Source: an uncultured Haloferula sp. (GTDB lineage: Bacteria > Verrucomicrobiota > Verrucomicrobiia > Verrucomicrobiales > Akkermansiaceae). From it: 64,000 bases of DNA. Shown here one piece after another: positions 34,875 to 45,088 of the stretch (its first letter is position 1; each line of letters begins with the position of its first letter). Position numbers and translations under genes: made by a program. The notes below the pieces were generated by a model. That model was not told the DNA's origin and searched no databases. It saw only the letters and a list, made by a program, of their open reading frames with translations. Where the stretch lies: the NCBI GenBank assembly GCA_965652295.1, contig CBFGTS010000003.1, positions 160,001 to 224,000 of the forward strand, in the 5' to 3' direction.

Positions 34875-36467
34875 TCACCCCCGCTTGCGGATGGCGGCGA
34901 GGGCTTGCTCGATCTGAGTTCGGATCTCGCCCTGCGCACCCTCCCGGACGCGCTCCAGAGGAGCAAGCGATTTGTCGGTGCCGACGCGCTCGAGCAGACG
35001 GATCGCCGACACGCGCAGAAGCAGCGAATCGGCATCGAGAGCCTCGATCACCGGCTCCTCGATGGTGCTGCCGAGATCGCCGTAGAGAGCCTCCCAGTCG
35101 CCGGGACGTTCAAGCCAAAGGCCGTGGATGAAATCGATGGCGCGACTGTCTCCTCCCTTCACGAGGAACTCGATCATCGGGCGGGGAACTTCACCGCCTT
35201 TGCGATCGATTTCCGCGGCAGCCTCATGAACCGCTTCGATCGAGCCATCGCCCGGCTGGGACCACACCGCGAGGGCCCGCGCCAAATCGGAGCGGAGGTC
35301 CTTGTCTCCCGTTTTCAACAGCTCACGGAGCCGCGCGGCGATATCGGTGCGGTAGCGCACTGGCTCGACGGTGGCCAGACGCTTGACCGCCTGCTCGACG
35401 CGGTCCTGATCGATGCTCTGGAGTTCGCGCAGGTTCAGATCGAAAAACGCCGGATCCTTCGGGTCGCCGAGTTTGCTGAGCGAGCCCGCGACAAAGCGTT
35501 GGTTGTCGACGTTGACCTCGACGACGTTGAGTTCGTCCACAACGCGGCCGACCTCTCCGAACCGTTCGCAAACGGCGGCGACCGCCTTGACGTCCGGCTT
35601 CACCCCGTGGAGGACCACGAGATAGTCCGAGGGCGGGCGGCTGTAGGCCCATGACTTGTCTCCGGCCTGTGTGGAGCGGATGAGGTACTTGACGATGAGG
35701 TCCTTGTTATACTCGCGCACATCGCGCAGCCACACGCCGATCGCCGTCACTCCGTCCTTCACGCCATCGGGGCCGTATTCCGTGATCGCTTCCTGGAGTT
35801 TCGAATACGTCATCTCCTCCTTCATGGCGGCATGAGGATCGAGAGGCAGAGGCTCGGCGACCACCGGGACGGGGCCGGCATCCACGCCGACAGTCCTCCG
35901 CGGGTCCGGCAGTCCGGTGCGGAAGACGAATGGCAGCGACAGGAGAACAACAAGGCTGACCAGCCCGCCAGCCAGGCCCTTTTTTCGAGCGTAGGGATTC
36001 GCGGCCACCAACAGGCACAGGGCAATGACTCCAGTGAAAGCGGCCAGCACGAGGCGTTTGGTCATCGATGCTCCGTCGAGCAGCTGGCCGGGCCCGCCGC
36101 CGACGATGAAAAGCAGGCCGACGAGAACCACGAAAAGCACCGCGACGATGCCGACCACCAGGCGCAGGGGGGAAAAGGTCTGAACCGGCCGGCCTTCGCC
36201 ACCACCGTAAACTTGAGCTGGCTGGAACTGAGGCATGGGCCCGGATTTCATCGGCACCCGGCTGAAACGCTCCAGGGCCGGGTCGCGATGTTCTCCCGGA
36301 TAGAATTTCCGCGCGCGCACCACCACGTCCTCGCTGACGCGAAAACGCTCATCGCAACCGCCGCATTCCACCATCTTCCCCATGAAGTCCGGGCCGACCT
36401 TGAAACGCTGGGTGCACTTGGGGCACCGGATTGTGATTTTTCCCGAGTCGTCGGAGGCAATGTCCAT
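34875..36467 (-). CDS. Zinc-ribbon membrane protein with C-terminal HEAT-like repeats
   Basis: CPKC...CGGC, three TM helices, HEAT-like C-terminus. Confidence 0.7.
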   Translation of the reverse strand: MDIASDDSGKITIRCPKCTQRFKVGPDFMGKMVECGGCDERFRVSEDVVVRARKFYPGEHRDPALERFSRVPMKSGPMPQFQPAQVYGGGEGRPVQTFSPLRLVVGIVAVLFVVLVGLLFIVGGGPGQLLDGASMTKRLVLAAFTGVIALCLLVAANPYARKKGLAGGLVSLVVLLSLPFVFRTGLPDPRRTVGVDAGPVPVVAEPLPLDPHAAMKEEMTYSKLQEAITEYGPDGVKDGVTAIGVWLRDVREYNKDLIVKYLIRSTQAGDKSWAYSRPPSDYLVVLHGVKPDVKAVAAVCERFGEVGRVVDELNVVEVNVDNQRFVAGSLSKLGDPKDPAFFDLNLRELQSIDQDRVEQAVKRLATVEPVRYRTDIAARLRELLKTGDKDLRSDLARALAVWSQPGDGSIEAVHEAAAEIDRKGGEVPRPMIEFLVKGGDSRAIDFIHGLWLERPGDWEALYGDLGSTIEEPVIEALDADSLLLRVSAIRLLERVGTDKSLAPLERVREGAQGEIRTQIEQALAAIRKRG

Positions 36468-36557
36468 CTGGAGGGAGCTTGCACAGGCCGGCCGAAACAA
36501 TGCAATCCTCCTTCCCCGGGGCTTGCCCGGCGGACCCGCCTTCGCCACTGTCGCTTC

Positions 36558-37262
36558 ATGCTACCCACCATTGAGGCTCTGCTGGTCGTGCAGGACCGTG
36601 ACCGCCGCCTGCTTGATCTCGAAAACCAGCTCGGCAAGATTCCCGGCGATGAGGCGAGGGCTCAGGGCAAGCTTGACCGGGATCTGGCGGCTCTTGCCAA
36701 GGCCAAGGAGGCCGTCCAAGCGAACGGCGTGGCGGCCAAGAAGCTCGAAATCGACATCGAGACCCGGAAGACCACCATCATCCGCCTACGCCAGCAGCAG
36801 TTCGAGACGCGGAAGAACGAGGAATACCGGGCGCTCGGCAATGAAGTCGACCGCTACAACGCAGAGGTCGACAAGTTGGAAACGCAGCTTCTCGAGCTGA
36901 TGGAGGAAGCCGACGGATTGCGCAGCCGCCAGGCCGAAGCCGAACAGGCCTTGGCCGCTTCACGCAAACTGGTGGACGAGGACCTGGCGAACCTGGCGAG
37001 CCGACGGGAAAATTTGGAAGCCCAGCTCGCGGAGACCCGGGCGGAGCGTACGGAGCTGGCGAAAGCTGCCGATCCCGAGTTGTTGGACCTCTATGACCGC
37101 CTGCTGAGGAAGAAGGGCGGCATGGCGATCGCCCCCGCCGAGCAGGGTCAATGCGGCGGCTGCCACGTCAAGCTCATCCCCGCGACCTTGGTCAAGCTCC
37201 AGGGAGGAAGCTCGGTGGTGCAGTGCGAGACCTGCGGGCGGATTCTCTATCTTCCCGCCTGA
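36558..37262 (+). CDS. Coiled-coil C4 zinc-ribbon protein (DUF164/HP0958-like)
   Basis: Long coiled coil; CGGCH...CETCGRILY. Confidence 0.85.
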   Translation: MLPTIEALLVVQDRDRRLLDLENQLGKIPGDEARAQGKLDRDLAALAKAKEAVQANGVAAKKLEIDIETRKTTIIRLRQQQFETRKNEEYRALGNEVDRYNAEVDKLETQLLELMEEADGLRSRQAEAEQALAASRKLVDEDLANLASRRENLEAQLAETRAERTELAKAADPELLDLYDRLLRKKGGMAIAPAEQGQCGGCHVKLIPATLVKLQGGSSVVQCETCGRILYLPA

Positions 37263-37267
37263 TCCTC

Positions 37268-39478
37268 TCAGTTGCTCACGGCGCTGCCCTCGTAGAACTC
37301 GCGGGGCTTCTCTTCGAGCACCACCAGCCAGTTCAGCATCGACACCGGCGGCAGCGCCGCCGGGTGTCCGATGGGTGCCAGGTTGACCACCATCTTGTCG
37401 TGACCGAGTTCCTTGTTGGACGCGGTTTTCACATCGAGGAGGTGGACGGAGGTCGAGGACGCCGAGTCCGTCCCCGCCAAGCTGCCGAGCTGGCCCGAGA
37501 GCGTCAGGTTGTAGGGATCATTCTCCGCTCCGTAGCGCTTCTCCGGGGCGAAAAGAGAACACGGCGGATAGAAGGGCGAGGGCAACCCACTACCCGTCGG
37601 AGGGGTGGTCGCGACGATGTTGAAATCGTCCGCAATGTAGAGCCTCAGGTTCGTCACCACGGAAAAGCCTTTGGTGAAGGTCGTCAGATCGCCGCACTCG
37701 TGCAGGATCACCCCGTAGTCGAGATCGGTGCAAGGGATCGAAGGTTTGGGAATGAAGGAATTCGCCACGTAATCGACATTGATCGCTATGGAGTGGTTCA
37801 CCGCCGGTCCGTCGGCTCCGATCAACTCCAGGAACCGCTTGAAGCGCTCGGGGTAGAGGGTGATGCAGGGTTTCGAGCCGTGCAACACCGTCACCTCGAA
37901 CGGATAGCTCGGCCGGAAGTAGCCGTTCTTGAGCACACCCACGTAAGGGTCTCCAAAACGCGCATTGTCGAAGGTGACGGAGCCGCTGACACCCGTCTGA
38001 TAGTAATACTGGCCGCTTTTTCCATACGCCACGTCCACCGGATAGGGAAACAGCACGGTCTCGTGCTCCACGCAGCACTGGACGTAGCCCGGGGGCAGTC
38101 CCACATCGGCCCCCTCCTGCAGATCGATCACCATCGTCTGCATGGTGCCGCCTTTTTTGTACCTGAAGGTAAGCTCGGAGGGCGTGAGATCATCGCTGCT
38201 GACGACATCGGTGATGTCGAGCGTCATCGCGCAACGCCGGGCGCCGATCGAGTAATCATCCCAGGTCGTGGGGGAAAGAGTCAGCGTCTGCGCGGTGCCT
38301 GCAAAACGGTCGAAGAAGTCCACGCCGCGGTTGATCGGAATGAAGGCCGCCAGACCGCTCTCCGATGCCAGGGAAACCGGCATGTAGCTGCCATGGGTAA
38401 CCTCGAACTTTTCGCGAACACCGGGAGCGAAGGGATTGGTGGCCACCGCCGCGCCGGAATCATCCGTCACCACCCCGGTGGTGTCGCCGGTCGCGAGCAA
38501 CGGGTTGTCGCCGATCTGGGCGTCCGGCGCGATCTCCAGCCCGTTCCGGCCCGCCACCCAGTCCACGTCCATGCCGGAGCCAACCCGGGCACGGGACGCG
38601 AAGACCCCTCCCGCGATCGTGGTGTTCTGCCATTGGGTCCCATCCTCGTACTCACCAAGCACCGCAAAAGCCTCGGCGGAAATCGCAAGCTGCGAGGGCA
38701 CTTCGTAGATTGAGAGCACGAAGTCGCGCTCGCGCCGCTGGACCTTGGTGGCGGCCTTCTGATGGTCCCCGAGGTTCATGGTGAAGGCCCACCAGTTCTG
38801 CTTCGCCACGAAGGGCTGACCCGGCTCGGAATAACCGAAGCGAATGTTGGGGTAGGAGATCACGTTGAACTGCGGGTAGTCGGTCACCGACGCCCCCACG
38901 CGCGATTCCGCACGGCTGCCGTAGACTTTGGACTCCGTGATGATCGGATACGTGCGGTCCCTGCTGGCGACCGTCGAGCTGCTGGTTTCCAGAGGCGGTG
39001 GAAAATCGGTGCCGAAATCCGCATTCAGACCGGGGGTGGCATAGCCGGTCCCGGAATAGGCGCGGAAGGTCGTCGAGGAGTCGGACGCCGCATCACCGGT
39101 GTTGCCGTTGATCGCGCCATCCAGGCCAAAGTCACTCAACATGGTCGCATCGACCGAGGATTCGGCGTTGGCAGAGAGAATGGCGTCTTCGAAGATCGAT
39201 TCCCACTTCAAGGGAGTGCGGGTCGCGGACGACGCGTCGGACCCGCCACGCATCACCTTCATTGCGGCGTTGGCCGTGAGAGGGATGATGGCCCGGAGCA
39301 CGGCGTCTTCCTTCGAGTCGTAGTCGCCCCGCAGGGTGACCTCCGCCTGGACCGTATGAGACCGGGACGCCTCGCGGTAGGTGCCCATCATCATCACCAA
39401 TACCGTGAGACCCATGGTGAGGACCAGAACGTAGGAGATGTAGCCGCGCGGCTGATGGAATGCGTTCGTTTTCATCAC
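37268..39478 (-). CDS. Large PilX/pseudopilin-like exported protein
   Basis: RG|YISYVLVLTMGL prepilin-like N-terminus; coupled to the pilin gene. Confidence 0.55.
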   Translation of the reverse strand: MMKTNAFHQPRGYISYVLVLTMGLTVLVMMMGTYREASRSHTVQAEVTLRGDYDSKEDAVLRAIIPLTANAAMKVMRGGSDASSATRTPLKWESIFEDAILSANAESSVDATMLSDFGLDGAINGNTGDAASDSSTTFRAYSGTGYATPGLNADFGTDFPPPLETSSSTVASRDRTYPIITESKVYGSRAESRVGASVTDYPQFNVISYPNIRFGYSEPGQPFVAKQNWWAFTMNLGDHQKAATKVQRRERDFVLSIYEVPSQLAISAEAFAVLGEYEDGTQWQNTTIAGGVFASRARVGSGMDVDWVAGRNGLEIAPDAQIGDNPLLATGDTTGVVTDDSGAAVATNPFAPGVREKFEVTHGSYMPVSLASESGLAAFIPINRGVDFFDRFAGTAQTLTLSPTTWDDYSIGARRCAMTLDITDVVSSDDLTPSELTFRYKKGGTMQTMVIDLQEGADVGLPPGYVQCCVEHETVLFPYPVDVAYGKSGQYYYQTGVSGSVTFDNARFGDPYVGVLKNGYFRPSYPFEVTVLHGSKPCITLYPERFKRFLELIGADGPAVNHSIAINVDYVANSFIPKPSIPCTDLDYGVILHECGDLTTFTKGFSVVTNLRLYIADDFNIVATTPPTGSGLPSPFYPPCSLFAPEKRYGAENDPYNLTLSGQLGSLAGTDSASSTSVHLLDVKTASNKELGHDKMVVNLAPIGHPAALPPVSMLNWLVVLEEKPREFYEGSAVSN

Positions 39479-40008
39479 TGTTCGGTTCCTGAATAGACAA
39501 GCTCTTCGCCGTTCGGACCGGCCAGGCGCATCCGGAGGATTCCCTGTTCCACGGAAAAGGTGACGTCGGCAGGTTCCTTCGTCACCGCCCAGTCCGGATC
39601 GCCGATGGTGCCGGAGGTCGGGACCAGCCGATAATAAAGTCCCTGCCCGAAACCCGATCCGGGGTCTTCGAAGGAAAGCACGCTGGCCTTGAGGGTGCCG
39701 TTCGGAAGGCGGTAGCGAAGCACCAGCACGTCGGCGTCGGCGAGCACCGGCTGTCCGCCGTTCCGCAAAGCGGCGATGTCCGTGTAGAGCCGATAGCCCT
39801 CGGCGCTCCCGATCACCTTGGAGATCTGGGCGTGGATCATCGGAGCCTCGCGGGTGAGGAAATCCTGGGCGTTGAAGATCCGGATGAACGCCAGCTGTTG
39901 GTTCATCATCAGAATCGACATCGACGCCGCGGTGAGACCGATGACGATGGCCAGCGCGAGCTCGATGAGGGTGAACCCCCGACGTTTTCTGGTGAATCCC
40001 GTTCTCAT
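39475..40008 (-). CDS. Prepilin-type N-terminal cleavage/methylation protein
   Basis: RRG|FTLIELALAIVIG. Confidence 0.85.
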   Translation of the reverse strand: MRTGFTRKRRGFTLIELALAIVIGLTAASMSILMMNQQLAFIRIFNAQDFLTREAPMIHAQISKVIGSAEGYRLYTDIAALRNGGQPVLADADVLVLRYRLPNGTLKASVLSFEDPGSGFGQGLYYRLVPTSGTIGDPDWAVTKEPADVTFSVEQGILRMRLAGPNGEELVYSGTEQ

Positions 40009-40532
40009 TGGGAGCGGACGACGGTTCGGGTTTTCACATAGGTCCTGCCACCGATCTCGTAGGTCAGGATGCTCTGGAAGTTCCAGATGCGGATTCCCGC
40101 GGGGTTCTTGGTGACGTCTCCCGTCCCTCCATCGACGGGGAAATTGTCCGGATCGGGCATCCGGGTGCGGATCACGGTGCCGCTGATGGCTGCGCCACCC
40201 GGCAGCTTGCCCAGCTCGACGGTCGACTGCGCCTTCTCCGGATAGGCCGGCCAAGGAGAGGTATCGGCGAGGAGGTCGTTGAAAGGCAGCCGCTGGGCGA
40301 GGGCTTTCTCGTAGGTGAGGTAGGCGTCGGTGACGGTCTGCTGGAGCGTCCACTGGCGCGGCGCGGTGATGTTGAGCGCCAGTTTCATGAAGATCAGCGC
40401 CAGCCCCGCCAGGAACAACATGGCGTAGGTGGCCTCCAGCAGAGCGGAGCCGCGGAGGCGCGCCCGGGGAGGACGCAGCCGGGCTGCTCGTCTGCCAGAG
40501 AGGCATCGTGGGGGTGGAGCCGCTCCAAACAC
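40005..40532 (-). CDS. Pseudopilin-like protein
   Basis: RG|SALLEATYAMLFLAG (E at +5); start uncertain. Confidence 0.6.
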   Translation of the reverse strand: MFGAAPPPRCLSGRRAARLRPPRARLRGSALLEATYAMLFLAGLALIFMKLALNITAPRQWTLQQTVTDAYLTYEKALAQRLPFNDLLADTSPWPAYPEKAQSTVELGKLPGGAAISGTVIRTRMPDPDNFPVDGGTGDVTKNPAGIRIWNFQSILTYEIGGRTYVKTRTVVRSQ

Positions 40533-40617
40533 TTAATTTGACTTAATAAAATTTCTCTCGTTTGGCAACCCGCGTCATCGCGGGCTCGCTTGGAGAGGAG
40601 TCCGGCCGGGACTTGCG

Positions 40618-41238
40618 GTGATCCCGATCCCTCCTCAAGCTGCCCGCATGCGGATCGCGATCATGATGCTGTGGCTGACCGCTGCCGGCCTGCTGCACGC
40701 GCAGGCGGTGCTGGAGCCGCCTCTGGGGATGAAATGGGGCGACCGCCCGGAGCGCCTCATCGGGTGGGCAGACGACCATGAACTCGACGTCCGGATCGAC
40801 CTCCCGGCCAAGGAGCCGCACCTCAGGGTGATCCGTCTCTCCTCTCCCGCCGGGAAGCTTCCCAAGGGCGACGCAAGCAGCCTTGAAGCCCGCTATGTGG
40901 ACGGACGGCTGATCGAAATGACCCTGCACTACGGCGGTTCGACGGCAGAGGCCGCCCGGGTCGAAGCCGCGTTCCAAGCGGAGCGCAAGCGGCTCACGGC
41001 GGAGCACGGAAAGCTCACGGCGAACCGCCAGGAGCGCTCCGTCGAAAACCAGTTTTCCACCGTGACGTATTCGTTTCATCGCGAGCCGGTCCGCGGCCTT
41101 TTCCTGCTGATCGCCTTCACCCGGATCGAGGATTTGCTCCGCGACCAGAGCGAGGCCGAGTTCTCGGTGATGTACCGCAACGACAACCTGAGGACCCGGA
41201 TTGAGAACGAACGGACGTCAGCCGACGGCTCCCGCTGA
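40618..41238 (+). CDS. Secreted hypothetical protein
   Basis: Signal-like N-terminus, PPLGMKWGD motif. Confidence 0.6.
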   Translation: MIPIPPQAARMRIAIMMLWLTAAGLLHAQAVLEPPLGMKWGDRPERLIGWADDHELDVRIDLPAKEPHLRVIRLSSPAGKLPKGDASSLEARYVDGRLIEMTLHYGGSTAEAARVEAAFQAERKRLTAEHGKLTANRQERSVENQFSTVTYSFHREPVRGLFLLIAFTRIEDLLRDQSEAEFSVMYRNDNLRTRIENERTSADGSR

Positions 41239-41252
41239 CCCACGGCCGACCG

Positions 41253-42299
41253 CTATTCCACGGTGACCACCGAGCCATTGACCTCGATGCGCCGGTCGAT
41301 ATCGAAGGTCACATAGTCCAGGCGATCGATGCCGAAAGGAGTCACGGTGAGGAGTTCGATGGTGTATTGGCCGCTGTCGTCGATGGCGGTGTCCCAATCA
41401 TCGATGACCAGCGTGCGGTCCTGCGGCACGGAGTCGTAGTGAACCAGCCCCGATCCTGGAATGACCACACCTTCCGTTCCGAGCACGGGCGGCCCCGGAT
41501 AGATCTGCGCGTAGGTGCGCGAGTCGGGGTAGAGATCGTTCATGGTGAACGTGAGCGACGGCGTTTCAAAGCCGACCTGCTGGTCGTCGACCAAACCATC
41601 GATCGTCCCGTCGGCCACCGGCCAGATCTGCACGAACATCGCCGCGAGCTGCAAAGACGGTGCTTGATAGTCTTCCAGCGAATAAACCGAGAACCGCTCC
41701 TCGCCACGAACCTTGGAACGATCCGCTCCCGGAACCGAGTTGACCTGAATGGTCATGCGATGGAGCGCGTTGTTTGTCAGGGAAACCTGGCTGAGTAGGG
41801 CAGCTTGGGTCCGATCGATCTCCAAGCCGCTCCCCCCTTCCCCATACGACTGGACGTGGCGCAGCAGGTTCACGCTTGTAGACGCCTCCGTCGCATTTGG
41901 GTCATCCGCCGCCAGCAGCCCGGAAACCTCGATATCAACCACGAAAGGCCGGTCGGCGCGGGTCCGTGGAATGCCGGTGTAAATGTAGGGGTCTTCGGTA
42001 CGAATCAACACATTTGCCTTCGGAACGTAAGTGCTTACGTAACGAGTATCGAGCAAGTAGACTTTGACCGGATCGTTCTTGATCGTCCACAGCTCGAAGC
42101 GCGCACCACCTTCCTCGATTTCGAGCGGAGAATACGTTGCTTCAGTTCCATTGGTGGGCTCCACGGACATATCCCAGGTCACACCTGTCACGACTTGGAC
42201 CTGACGCACGAAGTTGGTGAAGTAGTCAGCCGCCTGGCCGAAGACCGGGCCACAGATTGCGATCAGCGCCAGGGAACGTGCGATGAGTTTCATTTTCAT
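41253..42299 (-). CDS. Secreted beta-rich hypothetical protein
   Basis: Signal peptide; ATGA coupling. Confidence 0.7.
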   Translation of the reverse strand: MKMKLIARSLALIAICGPVFGQAADYFTNFVRQVQVVTGVTWDMSVEPTNGTEATYSPLEIEEGGARFELWTIKNDPVKVYLLDTRYVSTYVPKANVLIRTEDPYIYTGIPRTRADRPFVVDIEVSGLLAADDPNATEASTSVNLLRHVQSYGEGGSGLEIDRTQAALLSQVSLTNNALHRMTIQVNSVPGADRSKVRGEERFSVYSLEDYQAPSLQLAAMFVQIWPVADGTIDGLVDDQQVGFETPSLTFTMNDLYPDSRTYAQIYPGPPVLGTEGVVIPGSGLVHYDSVPQDRTLVIDDWDTAIDDSGQYTIELLTVTPFGIDRLDYVTFDIDRRIEVNGSVVTVE

Positions 42300-42850
42300 T
42301 CCGCTTCGGTCTGGGTGATGGTGGCTTCCGGGTCGATCTTGAGGGGCAGCACCGAGATCGGTCCCCCTTTCAGAACGGCGACGACCAAATTCGAACTGGT
42401 TGCGATGTAATCCCGCTTCTCCTTCGCGATCGCCTCATTGCCCTCGGCTTGGGCCTGGGAAACTTCAATGGTGGTGATCCACCCGCGGTTGCGTTTGTAG
42501 AACTCCGACCAGCCCACGATGCGGGTACCGGGCTTCATCCCGAGATGCTCTTTGTGATCTTCAGGCGTCGAGAGGATGGCCTGCTTCGGAACGAGTGTCG
42601 TGAATCCGCCGAAGCTGATGATGTCGGACTGCTCCAACAGGTTGATTGGCTGATTGACCTTCGTCGGGTCCTCGCCATGGACGGTTTCGAGCTTTTTCAT
42701 CGGGTCCCGCTGGCGGAACTTCCGGAGCTCCAGCTCCAGCTGTTCGTGGGTGGCGGCGTCGCGATAGACCGGCATGTCTTCGCTGCCGGCGACCTGTGTC
42801 GGGATCGACTGGAGAAGAATGGCGGCGAGAACGGGAGAAAGTCGTTTCAT
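42296..42850 (-). CDS. Secreted hypothetical protein
   Basis: MKRLSPVLAAILL signal; operonic position. Confidence 0.65.
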   Translation of the reverse strand: MKRLSPVLAAILLQSIPTQVAGSEDMPVYRDAATHEQLELELRKFRQRDPMKKLETVHGEDPTKVNQPINLLEQSDIISFGGFTTLVPKQAILSTPEDHKEHLGMKPGTRIVGWSEFYKRNRGWITTIEVSQAQAEGNEAIAKEKRDYIATSSNLVVAVLKGGPISVLPLKIDPEATITQTEAE

Positions 42851-42879
42851 GGAAATGCATGGTGAAGTGGGACGCCTGC

Positions 42880-43770
42880 TCACGGGGCTTCGTCATCGAC
42901 GGTGGGATCCGAATCGAGATCGATGAACGGCGCGCTGCCCGGATTGCTTGAATCGATGCCGTCGAGGTTGTTCCCGTGGCCGTTGTTGTTTTTCGCCTTG
43001 GACTTGAAGGTGACCAGAATGACCAGATCCTGAAGGTCATAGCCGGGGTCAGACTGCTGGGAATCGTAGTGGGTCAACTCCATGAAGAGGATCACGTCCA
43101 TGGGGCCGATCGCCGTCTTTCCGTCCTGCGACAGGTAGGGCTTGATGAAGCTTTCCAGCGACGGCGCGTTGTAGTCAGGGACGTTTGAAGGCGGAGTGTC
43201 GCGGTTGACCAAGGAGCGGACGTTGTCCGTTCCGCTGTCCGAATTGAAAAGAGGCCCCCAGGAGCGGTTGTAGTAATACCGTCCGCCAAACTTGAGTTTT
43301 TGGTTCTTACCGAGGGTAAAGGTACTCACCACTTGGTTCGGATTCACCTCCAGGTTCGTGCCGTAGAAGATGCGCTGGTAGCTTCCTCCACCCACGCTCA
43401 TCAATGCCTCGGTGGGCACGAAGGTGTAATCGCTACTGCCGTAGCTCGTCGCCGTCACCCCCGCACCGAGAATGCGGATTTCACAATCGACCTCCTCATC
43501 CGCCTCAAGCGTGGCCGGTGGGATGATGGTGACGTAATCCTCGACGATCGAGGGATAGTTGATCCCCCAAGTCAATGTCGGTCGGGTGCCGGCTTGGACT
43601 ACCTGCGGCGAAGCGGTCAACCACCCTGACGGAAGAATCGGAAAGGTCTTTGCCGTGGAGCTATTCTTATCCGGATCGGATGAAGAAGTCCTGCGTCTTG
43701 CGAATGCCGTGTCGGGGATCGCAGTGAACGCAACGCACAGCGCCGTGGTGGCGATGAGGCTGGTTTTCAT
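42880..43770 (-). CDS. Secreted protein with NNGHGNN..G.DSSNPG tail
   Basis: Signal peptide; acidic GYDLQDLVILV motif. Confidence 0.7.
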   Translation of the reverse strand: MKTSLIATTALCVAFTAIPDTAFARRRTSSSDPDKNSSTAKTFPILPSGWLTASPQVVQAGTRPTLTWGINYPSIVEDYVTIIPPATLEADEEVDCEIRILGAGVTATSYGSSDYTFVPTEALMSVGGGSYQRIFYGTNLEVNPNQVVSTFTLGKNQKLKFGGRYYYNRSWGPLFNSDSGTDNVRSLVNRDTPPSNVPDYNAPSLESFIKPYLSQDGKTAIGPMDVILFMELTHYDSQQSDPGYDLQDLVILVTFKSKAKNNNGHGNNLDGIDSSNPGSAPFIDLDSDPTVDDEAP

Positions 43771-44082
43771 GGCTGGTGTGTGGGTGTGACTGCCGGGCAG
43801 CTATCGGCTGGCTCCGGATCGGCGATCGGGATGGATCGCCGGCGGAAGCCGGTCCGGAGGAGGTAAAGGCAGGGAGGCTCCTTGGCTTAGGATTCGCCCT
43901 GCCGGTTCGGGACAGAACCCCTCTCCGGACCGCCGCAACCTCCCGTCAGGACTCGGGAATTGCGGACAACTTTGCTAGTGTGGGACTAAAGGATGCTCGG
44001 CAGTCGGGTGTTGGGTGTGTGGTGTAAGGGTGGGTCAGCAGTGAACAGAATAGATGAATTGCCGCGATCAGGTATTACGCGA

Positions 44083-44856
44083 TCAGTTAGGGTGCCGATG
44101 TCGCCAGGGACCGGCAGGTACGTCCCGCTCCTCGACGAAACGCCACTGGACGCGATCGCCGCTGCGCAGGCCGAGAAAATCGCGGACCGCAGGGCTCAGA
44201 TCGATGCCGGCCCCGCCGTTGCGGTTCTCACGCGGCTCTTCGCCGCCGAAGACATACTCCCAGTGGTCGGTCTGGAACGGGCCCACGTCCTCCCATTGGG
44301 CGTAGCAGACGCGGCCGTGACGGTGGATCGCGAGCCAGCGGCCGCGGCACACGGAGACTCCGGCACCACGGTATTCGCTCCAGAACCAGGGAATCACTTG
44401 GGCGGCCTCCGGGCGATGATACCCGTCGGGCCCCAGATCGTTGTAGGGCAGGGCGATGTAAAACGGGTTCAGCCGCGGACGGAAGCCGGCGGGGAGGTAG
44501 CCCGCGCGCCGCGACGGGTCATCGTAGCCGCCGAAATTGTCCTGCCAGTTCGGATCCCAGGCACTGGCCACGTTCGCCACCGGGTTGTTCTCGGTGGCCT
44601 GCTCGCCCACCCAGAACACCGTCGCCACCACGTTTCCGCGCCAGGAGGCGACGTCGTGGTAGGGTGAAAGCGCAGGCTCGAGCACGATCTTCGCCGGCTC
44701 CGGAGCACCAAAAGGATCGCTGAGGGCGGGAAGCCGCTCACGGCGATCTTCCAGCAGCCATTCATGCCTCTCCGAAAGCATCCGACCAAGCCCCATGCCC
44801 TCGGCGGTGACCGCAGTCACCCAGGCAAGGAGGAAGATCGGGACGGAGGAATTCAT
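44083..44856 (-). CDS. Exported RlpA/double-psi-beta-barrel-like protein
   Basis: YIALP, YAQWEDVGPF, GIDLSPAV. Confidence 0.55.
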   Translation of the reverse strand: MNSSVPIFLLAWVTAVTAEGMGLGRMLSERHEWLLEDRRERLPALSDPFGAPEPAKIVLEPALSPYHDVASWRGNVVATVFWVGEQATENNPVANVASAWDPNWQDNFGGYDDPSRRAGYLPAGFRPRLNPFYIALPYNDLGPDGYHRPEAAQVIPWFWSEYRGAGVSVCRGRWLAIHRHGRVCYAQWEDVGPFQTDHWEYVFGGEEPRENRNGGAGIDLSPAVRDFLGLRSGDRVQWRFVEERDVPAGPWRHRHPN

Positions 44857-45088
44857 AAAAATTGTGTGCGCTTTAACGATTCGAGGTATATTTCACCTTT
44901 CCTAAGCATCCAAGAGTTTTTTGAAAAAACTTTGAACGTTTTGAATATTTTGCGGTCTGAAGCTCACGGCGGTGAATCCTTGGTGGGCTTCAAGTCCTTC
45001 TGGAGGAGGCCCGCTCTTTCCTCAATCGTGAAGGTCCCTTAGGAATTTTAACGGTTAGGATCCGTAGATGTTCGCAGATCCGGGGCTT

